The notes under the pieces are model-generated. The model was given only the letters and a program-made list of their open reading frames with translations. It was not told where the DNA came from and searched no databases. DNA of 63,838 bases, filler included, from a bacterium (GTDB lineage: Bacteria > UBA9089 > CG2-30-40-21 > SBAY01), in NCBI GenBank assembly GCA_040757115.1. It is 15 parts of 15 records of this genome, joined end to end, with 100 filler letters (N's around TTAATTAATTAA, not from the genome) between each part and the next. Parts side by side here need not be neighbours in the genome. Positions count along the whole stretch, not along the records: positions 17,517 to 42,299 come from JBFLYA010000037.1; 14 more parts are not named here. One strand, given 5' to 3'. Every line of letters starts with the position of its first letter. Within the stretch, counting starts at the first letter, position 1. This document shows, piece after piece, positions 31,440 through 41,434 of this stretch. The position numbers and the translations under genes are program-made.

Positions 31440-32417
31440 ATGCAAAATGCAAAAAGCAAAATGCAAAAAGGTTTCTTATTAGCTGTGCTAAGCTTAGGGC
31501 TGATGATGGTTTTAGCACCAGAGACAGTTAATGCACAAGTAGGGACGAGTGGGACGACTGCAAATACACAGATACTTAACATGGCAACTGCTACCTATGT
31601 AATAGGTGGTAACACCAGAACTACCACCACGAATATCTCTATCACAGTAGGACAGATATACGGTGGTAGCTGGACTGTCCCGGCAGATAAGGATGGTATA
31701 CCCAATGGAACGGTAGAGTATATCTATACTCTAGATAACAAGGGGAATGCCGCAGATACCTTTAACTTAACCTTAGGTACTACCAGTTTGCCAAGTGGTT
31801 GGACTGCCGAAATTCGAGTAAATGGTGTTGCGACGACTACTATTACCTTAGCTGAAGATGCTGTTGGCACATTTGCAGTCAGAGTATCAATATCAGCTAC
31901 GGCACAAAATGGTGATAAAGGGACGGTAAGTATAACAACAACTACTACTGCCGATGGTGGGACATATACGGTTGGTAATTGGATATACGGTGGATTAGAC
32001 TTGCTCAGCGACACAAGAACAACTACAGCACAGTCAGCAGTGATAACTCTGACCAAAACTATTTATTCATACGGAACACCAACAGGATATGGAGGTAGTA
32101 ACTCATATGTACCAGGTGGGACGATAACTTACATGATTACCTACCGCAATGAGGGTGCAGCCACAGCAACAGATGTGACAATTACTGATATAATTCCAGC
32201 TCATACAACTTATGCTCCGGAGACAATGAGAATAGGGACTTCAGGCGCTACCTATGAAAGTGCTGAATATGATAAGGCTGATGATGATGATGATGGTTCA
32301 GAATCACCACCTTGTGCAAATTGGAACATTACCACTACTGGCGCAGTAACATTTAAACTGGGTGATGTTAGACCTAATGCAGAGGGAAGATTATTCTTTA
32401 GAGTATACATCAAGTAG
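31440..32417 (+). CDS. DUF11-containing secreted protein, putative major fimbrial subunit 3 (near-identical paralog)
   Basis: Same architecture as subunit 2; differs mainly in the acidic loop (NVEDDDDG vs EYDKADDDDDGS). Confidence 0.82.
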   Translation: MQNAKSKMQKGFLLAVLSLGLMMVLAPETVNAQVGTSGTTANTQILNMATATYVIGGNTRTTTTNISITVGQIYGGSWTVPADKDGIPNGTVEYIYTLDNKGNAADTFNLTLGTTSLPSGWTAEIRVNGVATTTITLAEDAVGTFAVRVSISATAQNGDKGTVSITTTTTADGGTYTVGNWIYGGLDLLSDTRTTTAQSAVITLTKTIYSYGTPTGYGGSNSYVPGGTITYMITYRNEGAATATDVTITDIIPAHTTYAPETMRIGTSGATYESAEYDKADDDDDGSESPPCANWNITTTGAVTFKLGDVRPNAEGRLFFRVYIK

Positions 32418-32808
32418 TTAAAAGATGAGGGTTAAAAAAGTCATAACTGGTGTATGCAGTATCAAAACTATAGTTGTGTCCAATTTGTAGAGAGCTTAGT
32501 GTGCCTAAAATAGTATTGGAGGTCGAGATTTATATCTTGACAAAAAGAGAGATTGTCGATGTTAGAAAAATCGACTTAGAGTGGAGGACTGCGTGCAATG
32601 AAGGGACAAAGGTGTCTTTGTATCCAGAAGAGGCTTGGAGTGTCTTTTAGAAGCTACCATTGTGCTTGTAAGAGGATGTAATGAAGGAAAAAGGGAAAAA
32701 AGATTAACAAATATATAAACACAGATTATTTATAGATTTATCAGTGTTAATCTGGGTGAATCTGTGGTTAAATTTACCACGGTCATAAAAAAGGATAGGT
32801 TAAAGAAA

Positions 32809-34014
32809 ATGAAAAAGACAAAATTCTATCAGGTAATGATAACTATTTGTACTATATTAGTATCTTTGCAAGCTCCTATTGTATCTGCTCAGCTTACTCC
32901 AGCAGGAACTATCGTTACCAATGGTGGAGATAATGTTATCTTAAGTTATAATAATAAAGAACATAATGTCTGCAATGTTGTAAGTTTTCCAGTAGGACAG
33001 GTGTATGAACTCTCACTTACTAATCTCACAGGTGTAGGGTTAAGTATTTCTCCTGGAGAGACAGTTTATTATAGCTATACCGTGAAGAATACAGGAAATG
33101 GAACTGATACTATACACTTATCTTGTGAGATAACCCAAGGCTCTGGAGGAACCTGGACTGCACGATTAGTTTCATCTAATCCAGGAACTGGTTCTATTCC
33201 TCCTTCTATAAATATTCCACCAGATACTACTTATTCTTATTATATCAAAGTTACCTCTCCTATAACTTCAACTCCAGAAGACTACTGTGTTATCAGAGCA
33301 ATAGCAAAGAATTCTTATTATCATACCCATAACAGTAGCGATGGTTGGCCAATAGGAGCAAGTGCTGATATTCAAACTGATGCTATAACTACTACGATAT
33401 TACCTATCGGAATTATAAGTAAAATAGTGTTAAGTAGTAATATTACAACAATACAAGTGGATGCACCATCAACCTTATTTACTATTCAGACTCAAGATAA
33501 GTATAATAATCCTGTTAATGTTGGTACTGATACTTTAATTTGTTTAAATTCTACCTCTCCAACGGGTAAATTTGCTACTTCAAATATAGGGCCATGGGAT
33601 GATACACTATTAGTTATTATTCCTAATGGAAGTAATACTGTCAGTTTCTATTATAAAGATACCAATAATGGTATCTTCATCATTACTGCTACAGAATATC
33701 CAGATATGGGTTGGATTGAGGGCAAAAGACAGATAGTCATTGTTGTAGGAGACATTAGCAAAGTAACTAATTATCCCAATCCGTTTGATATGACGACAAT
33801 CAACAGTATCTCTATTGGACCATTACCACTTAATACACAGGTTAAAATATATACCTTAGATTTGAGATTAGTTCGGACATTATACGAGCAAAATGGAGAG
33901 GTGATTTGGGATGGTAGAAATGAAGGAGGAGAGAAGGTAGCAAGTGGAATTTATATCTATTTAGTTGAGTCTGATAAGGGACATAAGGTCGGTAAGATAA
34001 CCTTAATAAAATAA
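32809..34014 (+). CDS. Secreted protein with pilin-like N-terminal region and C-terminal T9SS-type A/FlgD-Ig sorting-like domain; putative fimbrial base
   Basis: TPAGTIVTN...LSY and YTVKNTGNGTDT shared with the subunits; NYPNPF...VKIYT...WDGRNEGGEKVASGIYIY...GKITLIK. Confidence 0.75.
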   Translation: MKKTKFYQVMITICTILVSLQAPIVSAQLTPAGTIVTNGGDNVILSYNNKEHNVCNVVSFPVGQVYELSLTNLTGVGLSISPGETVYYSYTVKNTGNGTDTIHLSCEITQGSGGTWTARLVSSNPGTGSIPPSINIPPDTTYSYYIKVTSPITSTPEDYCVIRAIAKNSYYHTHNSSDGWPIGASADIQTDAITTTILPIGIISKIVLSSNITTIQVDAPSTLFTIQTQDKYNNPVNVGTDTLICLNSTSPTGKFATSNIGPWDDTLLVIIPNGSNTVSFYYKDTNNGIFIITATEYPDMGWIEGKRQIVIVVGDISKVTNYPNPFDMTTINSISIGPLPLNTQVKIYTLDLRLVRTLYEQNGEVIWDGRNEGGEKVASGIYIYLVESDKGHKVGKITLIK

Positions 34015-34037
34015 ATTATTAAAAGGGGGTTTTAAAA

Positions 34038-35339
34038 ATGAGAAGAATAGTAATTTGTTGTATGTTGGTAGTACTGCTTTTAGTATTAGTAGCAGAGACT
34101 TATGCTGGGAGTGCTGGTAGTACTGGTGGAGCTTTTTTAAGGATTGGGATGGGTGCAAGAGCAATTGGTATAGGTAGTGCATTTACCTCAATAGCAGATG
34201 ATGTAAGTAGCATCTATTGGAATCCTGCAGGGTTGAGCAAGTTAAAATATAAAGAGGCATTATTTATGCATACCCAATGGGTGACAGATATTAAAAGTGA
34301 GTATTTAGCTCAAGCTCAACCACTTAAATATGGTGGTTATGGAGTTAGTCTACTATATTTATACACCACTGATATAAGACGTAATAAGTTAGGAAAAGAA
34401 AGTGGTAGTTTTAATAATTATGACTCCTGCGTTACATTAGCATACGGTTATAAGCTAAATTCTAATATTTCATTAGGCTTAAGTTTAAAAATTATCTCTG
34501 GCTGTCTTGATACTACCAAAGCAAATTCCTACTGCATAGATATTGGTGGATTATATAAAAGAGATAATTTAAGATTAGGTGCAGTAATACAAAATTTAGG
34601 TTTAGGAATGAAATTTCGAGATGAAAGTGACCCTATGCCAATTAATTTTAAGTTAGGTGCGGGATATAAATTATTAGATAAAAACCTTACCTTAGCCGTA
34701 GATATTGATAAACCCATAGATGATAACATTAGCATTAAGTTAGGTACAGAATATTCATATAAAGATACAATTATAGGCAGGATAGGGTATCAAATCGGTA
34801 GAGATGTAGGTGGTTTAAGTACAGGTATAGGATTTAAATTCAGGGATTATAAATTAGATTATGCCTTTGTACCCTATGATAAATTGGGTAATACTCATCG
34901 CATTTCACTTACTATGCAATTTGCTCCTAAAATAGAAGAAAAGCCACCTATCCCAAAAGTAATACCACCTATTCCCAAAGATCTAAAACCTACACCTGTT
35001 CCAGAAGTAATAGAAATGCAGCCAACTGTAATTGTTTATAATTGGAGAGGTATAATAACACCAGATGGAGATGGGATTGAGGATATGGCTACTTTTAATA
35101 TTAGAGTTGGAGGATTTAAATACCCAATAGAAACCTGGGAATTAAATATTACTACTACTGAAGATAAATCAGTCAAAATATTTGTCGGGTCAGGAAAACC
35201 GCCATTTACTATTGTATGGGATGGCAGAAACAATGAAGGTCAAATAGTACCTATTGGAACATATTTCTATATTTTATATATAAAAGATAGTGCTGGTAAT
35301 AAATTTTGCTCAGATAAACAGAGTGTTATAATAAGATAG
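34038..35339 (+). CDS. PorV/PorQ-like (UPF0164) outer-membrane beta-barrel with Pro-rich linker and C-terminal CHU_C/FlgD-like domain
   Basis: FLRIGMGARAIGIGSAF...IYWNPAGL, DYAFVPYDKLGNTHRISL; ITPDGDGIED...WDGRN. Confidence 0.82.
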   Translation: MRRIVICCMLVVLLLVLVAETYAGSAGSTGGAFLRIGMGARAIGIGSAFTSIADDVSSIYWNPAGLSKLKYKEALFMHTQWVTDIKSEYLAQAQPLKYGGYGVSLLYLYTTDIRRNKLGKESGSFNNYDSCVTLAYGYKLNSNISLGLSLKIISGCLDTTKANSYCIDIGGLYKRDNLRLGAVIQNLGLGMKFRDESDPMPINFKLGAGYKLLDKNLTLAVDIDKPIDDNISIKLGTEYSYKDTIIGRIGYQIGRDVGGLSTGIGFKFRDYKLDYAFVPYDKLGNTHRISLTMQFAPKIEEKPPIPKVIPPIPKDLKPTPVPEVIEMQPTVIVYNWRGIITPDGDGIEDMATFNIRVGGFKYPIETWELNITTTEDKSVKIFVGSGKPPFTIVWDGRNNEGQIVPIGTYFYILYIKDSAGNKFCSDKQSVIIR

Positions 35340-35423
35340 AAACATTATCTACTTCAACTGATAGGAAATTGCTTTTTGAGTGTTTTGGGTATTATATCCA
35401 TTTGTGCCTATTATAAAAATATT

Positions 35424-35730
35424 GTAACTATTCACCACGAAGAGCACGAAGGACACAAAGATTTTACAGAACAAATCTCTTTATGCCTTCTTTCAATCTT
35501 TCCACATTGAAATTTATCAATAGACCAACCTTGATATTTGCCAATTTCATATATGTCGGGACGGTTCATTTTATCGTTTTCCCTATGATTTGTTTCGGAT
35601 ATACATTTGTAAACATTCACAGAAAGTTGAAATTGGAAATTAGAAATTGGGCTTTTATTTCTCCCCCTAATTTCTAATTTCAACTCCATTTTCTAACCGC
35701 AAGTTTTCAAACAAAAGTGAACCGTTCCCC
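35424..35730. mobile_element. MITE end plus GxxExxY remnant interrupted by a GGGACGGTTCA...TGAACCGTTCCC element (35558-35730)
   Basis: Both ends and the GxxExxY C-terminal DNA are directly visible. Confidence 0.65.
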
Positions 35731-35774
35731 TTTTTTCTATTGACAATTTATGATTTTAGGGTATAATTTTAAGT

Positions 35775-38700
35775 ATGAGAATACCCATAATTATCTTTAT
35801 TGCCATTATTTTATCAGGTATTGGTATTTACTATGTCTGGCAAAAGGGCATTCCACAAGGTTGGGTAAAAACTAAGATTATTAATGAGGTAGAAAAAAGG
35901 ATTAATGGTAACCTCACGATAAAAAGCCTGCATTTTAAATTCCCGGACCAGGCCATCCTTGAGGGTGTAAAACTAAACTCTATTGCAGAAATAGAGAAAA
36001 TAGTCTGTAACTACAATTTAATAACACCAATTATCCAGCGGGGTAAATTGGAAAGCGGCGTATCTAAAATAGTTATTATTAACCCTTCTCTGGAGCTTTA
36101 TCGGGATAAGACAGGAAAGTGGAATGTTTCCTCTATCTTTAAAGATTCCTATGAACCAACAAAAAAATCTCCTTCAATGACTATCCTTATCAAAAAGGCA
36201 ACATTGAAAGTTAAAGATGAGATATTCGGAACTCAAACTACACTCACCGACCTCTACCTATCTTATTATCCCGAGGGGCCACCACCTTATTTTCACATTC
36301 GGCTGGGACATGAAATGAAAATCAGTGGCAATATTTATCAAACCTCTCCTTTAACAGCGAGTTTTAACCTACGGATTATCAAAAAGGAATTATCGCCTTA
36401 TGCCGAATTTTTAAAAACACCCTGGGTTAATTTATTACAGGGGCAAATAAGTGGAAATATCTCAGGTGAAATCAAAGATAAAAATATAACTTTATTCAAG
36501 AGTAATTTATATCTAAATAAAGGTGTAGTTAAATTAACACATCTTGAGCCGCCAATTACAAATATAACCGGTAATTTCTCACTGGAAGATAACCACAGTA
36601 TAATCGCTGAGAAGATAAAGTTTAAGTTCAAAGATATTGATTTTACTACTCAAAATTTCTACATCAAAAATATGGCCGGGGGAATAGAGTTTAGGACTTC
36701 TAAATTTTCTCCACAAAGTTTAGGAGATATTTTCCCATATTTGAAAAAATTAAACTTAAAAAGTATCTTAAAATTTAAAGGGAAATTTGATTTCGGACAT
36801 AGTTTTAGTTTGATGGGAGAGGCAGAATTGCTTAATCAAACACAAACAGGATACAAATTCCCCATCCTGACTAAATTCAGATATAAAAATAAGCGATTTG
36901 AGGAGATTTCTCTGGTTATTGCCAAAAACACACAAATAACAGGTAAATTAACCCTTCAACAAGAATTAAACCTTAAGGCTAAATTTGACCAGAGCAATTT
37001 ACTTCCTTTATTAACCCTCGCAGGTAAAGAAGAATTAGGAAAAGGCACGATTACCGGCGAAATAACCACCTTCGGAAAACTAAACGATATTCAATATAAT
37101 GGTGACTTGAAATTACAAATACAAGAAAATCCATCAGTTAATGAAATTGTGGCAAAACTTAAAGGGGATAAAAAATCTATTGTCTTTAGTGGACAGATTG
37201 TTCAACCTCAAGGGAAAATAGACATCGAAGGAAAAGGGACAAGAGCGGAGATGGATGAGCCTTTTTCGTTATTATTAAACGGTAAATTAAATGAATATAA
37301 CTTTCTCAATCGGTTTGTTTGTGCCAATATTTCCTTTGACGGTAAATTAAGCACGAAAACAAGATTGATTGGTGGACAAATTAAGGCAGAAAATATTATT
37401 ATTGATAAAAAATCTTACCTTCCCTGTCAGGGAAGTTTAATCTATAACCACCCAGACCTGAACATTACCACTTCACCTGAAAACAAACAATTAGAACTTG
37501 TGGCTAAAATCACACTTTCCCAACCCCTTTCTTACGCAATGCAAATTAAAACAAAAGATGTCAACCTGGGGATATTGACTCAAAACTTTGAAGGAACATT
37601 TGATGGAGAATTTGATATAAAAAAGATATTCGGGCAGAAAACAACTATCATTGGCAAATCATTTAAGGTTAATTTAATCAATGGTAGAAGTGTGGATGGG
37701 GATTTTAAACTCGAAAGAATAAAAAATAAGGTTTCTATCCTATCTCTTACCTTTAATGAACCGGAAAAAATGAATCTTTGGACTAAAGGAGAGGTAGATT
37801 TAACCAGTTCACTTATAAATTTAGATGGTAAAATCTGTTATTTAAAACATAAAGATTTAATCCTGACCGCTGATGCTAAATTCAAAGGATACCTTTCAAA
37901 ATCCGAGTTAAGTGGCATTTTAAACCTTACCGGGGGAAAAGTCAATGATTTTCTGATAGATTATGGGAAGATAGATTTTAAGTATGCCCATCAGAAGGTA
38001 ACCATTAAAGAATCGGGTATTGTTTTAAGTCACGGTGGGATATTGACTACATTTGGGACATTTACTCTGAAAGGTAATCTTGACCTAAAATTTTCTTTGT
38101 TGGGTATGGATTATGAAGATATGCCGTATGACTACTTTAAAAACTTTAAAGGAGAATTTGATGTCATTGGAGATGTGAAAGGAGATATTGATAATCCTGT
38201 TGTTGTGGCATCTGTTGAGGCTAAAAAGATAATTATTGGACATGAAAAGATAGCTAAAATAGCCGGTAAAGTTAATTATCTTAATCATGAATTTCAGATT
38301 GAGCAGGTAAAACTTAATGACAGGTCCTCCTTACAAGGCACATTTCGAGTTAAAGATAAATACATAAATGGTCTAATCCAGATTGACAATGAAAAATTAA
38401 GCACTATTGCCTGTTTATTCTCATTACCAAACCTTCAGGGAATTATAAAAGGGAAACTGACTGCTGAAGGTAACCTGGATAATTTAGTCTTAAAATGTGC
38501 GGTCGATATTGAGGATTTCCATATACCAGGTTTTGATGCCCGTTATGGTAAGGTTGAGTTCAGTCTCAAAGATAAGATTTTATTATTCCAAAAACTTTAT
38601 TTTACACAGCACGATGGCGGAAAAGTGGATTTTAAAAAATACCAGTTAGAGATAAAACCCAATGGTCAAGTAATCCTCACCGCCACCCTGACTAATCTCA

Positions 38701-40349
38701 TTATCACCAATACTATCTTTAATGGTAGAGTTTATTTCACAGGCGAAATTACTCCCTGGGATACAGCAAAGGGAACATTAACAACTAAGAATTTATTAAT
38801 AAATCAATCTGATGTTCTTAAAGTATTAGCGGCGCAAATTTCATACGAAAAAGGAATACTAAATTTCCTACCATTACCTGAACCCAATAGCCTTTCAGGT
38901 AGAATTAAATTCGGTCAGAAATTAGAATTTGAGGAAATTAAAATACTTAAAGCAAATGCCGAAAAGCTTAGTCTTAATGGTAGTATCGAATTAGTAGAAA
39001 AGAGGTATGATTTAAGGGTTGCAATGCAGAATTCTGATTTAAGGATTCTACCTTTATGGTTTAAAGAGATAAAACGGCCAGAAGGTAAAGTAGAAGGCTG
39101 GTTGCATATCTGTGGTAATTTTGACGAACCACAATTTGATGGGTCATTGATGATAACTAATGGTGCATTAAATAGGTATCCATTTGCTAAACGAGTAACC
39201 AATCTCAATGGACAGATTCGAATTGTCAATAATTGGATAGTCAGTAATTCTTTACAGGCAAAGGTTGGAGAGAGTATTTTAGTTATGCAAAGCACCACAC
39301 CATTTACATTAAAAAGTATAGATGTTAGTCTGAAAAACTCTCAGGAACCAGTGCCAATAAGTATACCTGGATTTTTTGAAGGCAATATAGATGTGAATAT
39401 ACAAATTAAAGGAGATATTACCGCACCTATCGGCAGTGGCGAAATAAAAATAGTAAATAGCAGATTTACTTTTCCTCCTAAAATAAAAACAGAAGAAGGC
39501 AGGATGCAATGGGATAGGATTATGATTACTGCGGATAAGAATGTTAAATATTATAACGAATATGTTGATGTAACGATAAAAAGAAAGGGTAGTTGGCTTA
39601 CAGTATCCAACAAAGGAGATGAAATTTGGGCACAAGGTATCATCTATGCCCAATCAGGTGGACGGGTCAATTATCTGGGCAAATTTTTTACGATAAAAAA
39701 AGCTTCACTTGAATTTAGAGAAGGCAATATTTTCCCTTATCTCTCAGGTTATGCAACCACCAGGCTGGATAAACGCCGAATTGCATTAATTTATGAAGGT
39801 TATCTAACTGAGGCAAAACCTATACTCCAGGCAATTGGCGGTTATCCACCGTTGAATGAAGAACAAATAATCAACGCCTTAGTTATTGGAAATACTGAAT
39901 ATCTGGGAACAACTGACCAGGAGACTATTCTAAGACTGGGATTTGAACAGGTCGTGGGCAAAGAGGTTGTTTTCACCTTGTTAGTCCCGCTTGAAAAACA
40001 ACTCAGTCAACTTATAGGTATGGATGTCGAGATTAAAACACAGGCATTAAACCGCCTTTTCCAGGAATCTGTTCAGGAAGAGGTAGAAGAACGAAAAACA
40101 TCATCTATATTTGAAGAGAGTGAATTTAAGATAGGAAAGTTTATCTCTGATGATGTTTATCTGACTTATCGCGGCATATTAGAACCATGGGAAGAAGAAG
40201 AATTCGCTCGACTTAAACTTAAACAAGAATTAGGATTAGAATACTACCTATCCGGAAACACATCTCTAAAATATAAATTTACCCCAGAGGGTGTCTGGGA
40301 AAAAGGGAATGAATACGAGGTGAGAATAGAACGAGAGGTAAGGTTTTAA
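35775..40349 (+). CDS. TamB/AsmA-like translocation and assembly module protein
   Basis: N-terminal TM anchor, long beta-taco repeats, C-terminal DUF490-like region ending YEVRIEREVRF. Confidence 0.8.
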   Translation: MRIPIIIFIAIILSGIGIYYVWQKGIPQGWVKTKIINEVEKRINGNLTIKSLHFKFPDQAILEGVKLNSIAEIEKIVCNYNLITPIIQRGKLESGVSKIVIINPSLELYRDKTGKWNVSSIFKDSYEPTKKSPSMTILIKKATLKVKDEIFGTQTTLTDLYLSYYPEGPPPYFHIRLGHEMKISGNIYQTSPLTASFNLRIIKKELSPYAEFLKTPWVNLLQGQISGNISGEIKDKNITLFKSNLYLNKGVVKLTHLEPPITNITGNFSLEDNHSIIAEKIKFKFKDIDFTTQNFYIKNMAGGIEFRTSKFSPQSLGDIFPYLKKLNLKSILKFKGKFDFGHSFSLMGEAELLNQTQTGYKFPILTKFRYKNKRFEEISLVIAKNTQITGKLTLQQELNLKAKFDQSNLLPLLTLAGKEELGKGTITGEITTFGKLNDIQYNGDLKLQIQENPSVNEIVAKLKGDKKSIVFSGQIVQPQGKIDIEGKGTRAEMDEPFSLLLNGKLNEYNFLNRFVCANISFDGKLSTKTRLIGGQIKAENIIIDKKSYLPCQGSLIYNHPDLNITTSPENKQLELVAKITLSQPLSYAMQIKTKDVNLGILTQNFEGTFDGEFDIKKIFGQKTTIIGKSFKVNLINGRSVDGDFKLERIKNKVSILSLTFNEPEKMNLWTKGEVDLTSSLINLDGKICYLKHKDLILTADAKFKGYLSKSELSGILNLTGGKVNDFLIDYGKIDFKYAHQKVTIKESGIVLSHGGILTTFGTFTLKGNLDLKFSLLGMDYEDMPYDYFKNFKGEFDVIGDVKGDIDNPVVVASVEAKKIIIGHEKIAKIAGKVNYLNHEFQIEQVKLNDRSSLQGTFRVKDKYINGLIQIDNEKLSTIACLFSLPNLQGIIKGKLTAEGNLDNLVLKCAVDIEDFHIPGFDARYGKVEFSLKDKILLFQKLYFTQHDGGKVDFKKYQLEIKPNGQVILTATLTNLIITNTIFNGRVYFTGEITPWDTAKGTLTTKNLLINQSDVLKVLAAQISYEKGILNFLPLPEPNSLSGRIKFGQKLEFEEIKILKANAEKLSLNGSIELVEKRYDLRVAMQNSDLRILPLWFKEIKRPEGKVEGWLHICGNFDEPQFDGSLMITNGALNRYPFAKRVTNLNGQIRIVNNWIVSNSLQAKVGESILVMQSTTPFTLKSIDVSLKNSQEPVPISIPGFFEGNIDVNIQIKGDITAPIGSGEIKIVNSRFTFPPKIKTEEGRMQWDRIMITADKNVKYYNEYVDVTIKRKGSWLTVSNKGDEIWAQGIIYAQSGGRVNYLGKFFTIKKASLEFREGNIFPYLSGYATTRLDKRRIALIYEGYLTEAKPILQAIGGYPPLNEEQIINALVIGNTEYLGTTDQETILRLGFEQVVGKEVVFTLLVPLEKQLSQLIGMDVEIKTQALNRLFQESVQEEVEERKTSSIFEESEFKIGKFISDDVYLTYRGILEPWEEEEFARLKLKQELGLEYYLSGNTSLKYKFTPEGVWEKGNEYEVRIEREVRF

Positions 40350-40615
40350 GTAACTATTCACCGCACAGACACAGAGACACGGAGAATAATTTTAGAAAAA
40401 GCACGGACAGAGCAAATAATTAGGGCTGAAATAGAAGTTCATCACATTTAATTTTGGGATACAACAACGAAAAATACGAAAAAAACATTCTTTATTTTTC
40501 GCATCTTTCGGGCCTTTCGTTGTTTATTACCCCTCTTTGAAAGATGAAATTATGAGACTTGTCCTTTAGATTCTTATCAGTGTCTCTGTATCTCCGTGGT
40601 GAGATGAATGGTTAC
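40350..40615 (+). mobile_element. MITE with GxxExxY N-terminal remnant
   Basis: GTAACTATTCACC...TGAATGGTTAC; remnant TEQIIRAEIEVHH; no target duplication seen. Confidence 0.7.
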
Positions 40616-40635
40616 GTAAAGATAAGGTCTTCTGT

Positions 40636-41385
40636 TTATGGTATAAATAACCGACATTTAATCAGCCCTAAATGATGAAGAATGTATTTAATCAGCGTCA
40701 TCAAGGTTTTTATCCCGTAAATGATACTTACTTTTAAATTGACCGAAGAGGCATCTTTAAAATATTTAGTTGTTACTGGAATTTCTGCAACCTTAAATTT
40801 AAAATGGACGGCTTGAGCAATTATCTCGGTATCAAAGACAAAATCATTTGAGTTGCGTAAAAAAGGAACGGTTTCAAGAAATTTTCGGCTATAGGCTCTA
40901 TAACCAGTATGACATTCAGAGAATTTCATCTGAAATACAAAATTCTCAATAGCGGTAAGAAATTTATTTGAGATAAATTTATAGAGAGGCATTTTGCCTT
41001 CTAATGCCTTGCCTTTAATTAACATTCTGGAGCCTAAAACCATATCTGCCTTGTTTTCTTTGATTGGTTCTATAAGTTGAGGTAGAATACTGGGGTCATA
41101 CTGACCATCTGGGTGGAGCATAATGACTATATCTGCTTTTTCTCTTAATGCCTCCATATAACAAGTCTTTTGATTTCCACCATAGCCAACATTATGTGGG
41201 TGAGTAATTACCTTTAAATTAAGCTTCTTAGCTACTTGAGTTGTTTCATCTTTACTGGCATCATCAACTAAGATAATTTCATCTGCTATTCCTTCGGGGA
41301 TTTCCACATAAGTCATATTAAGGGTTTTAGCCGCATTATAAGCCGGCATAATTATGACAACCTTTGGTCTGGTATTATTTTCCAT
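40636..41385 (-). CDS. Family 2 glycosyltransferase (DPM1-like)
   Basis: IIMPAYN, ILVDDASKD, GYGGNQK, HPDGQYDP. Confidence 0.92.
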   Translation of the reverse strand: MENNTRPKVVIIMPAYNAAKTLNMTYVEIPEGIADEIILVDDASKDETTQVAKKLNLKVITHPHNVGYGGNQKTCYMEALREKADIVIMLHPDGQYDPSILPQLIEPIKENKADMVLGSRMLIKGKALEGKMPLYKFISNKFLTAIENFVFQMKFSECHTGYRAYSRKFLETVPFLRNSNDFVFDTEIIAQAVHFKFKVAEIPVTTKYFKDASSVNLKVSIIYGIKTLMTLIKYILHHLGLIKCRLFIP

Positions 41386-41434
41386 CGTGATAGATATTAC
41401 TAAATTTTTTAGTAGATGTCAAGGAAAATTTCGC

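Larger units (their letters stand above)
29841..32697 (+). repeat. Tandem duplication of a ~1.4-kb unit (29841-31244 and 31283-32697)
   Basis: Upstream region, CDS and ~280-bp downstream region are near-identical between copies. Confidence 0.93.

Noticed and set aside
29841-32697. Diversity-generating retroelement template/variable repeat pair
   Set aside because: Whole gene plus flanks are duplicated, differences are not confined to adenines, and no reverse transcriptase is visible.
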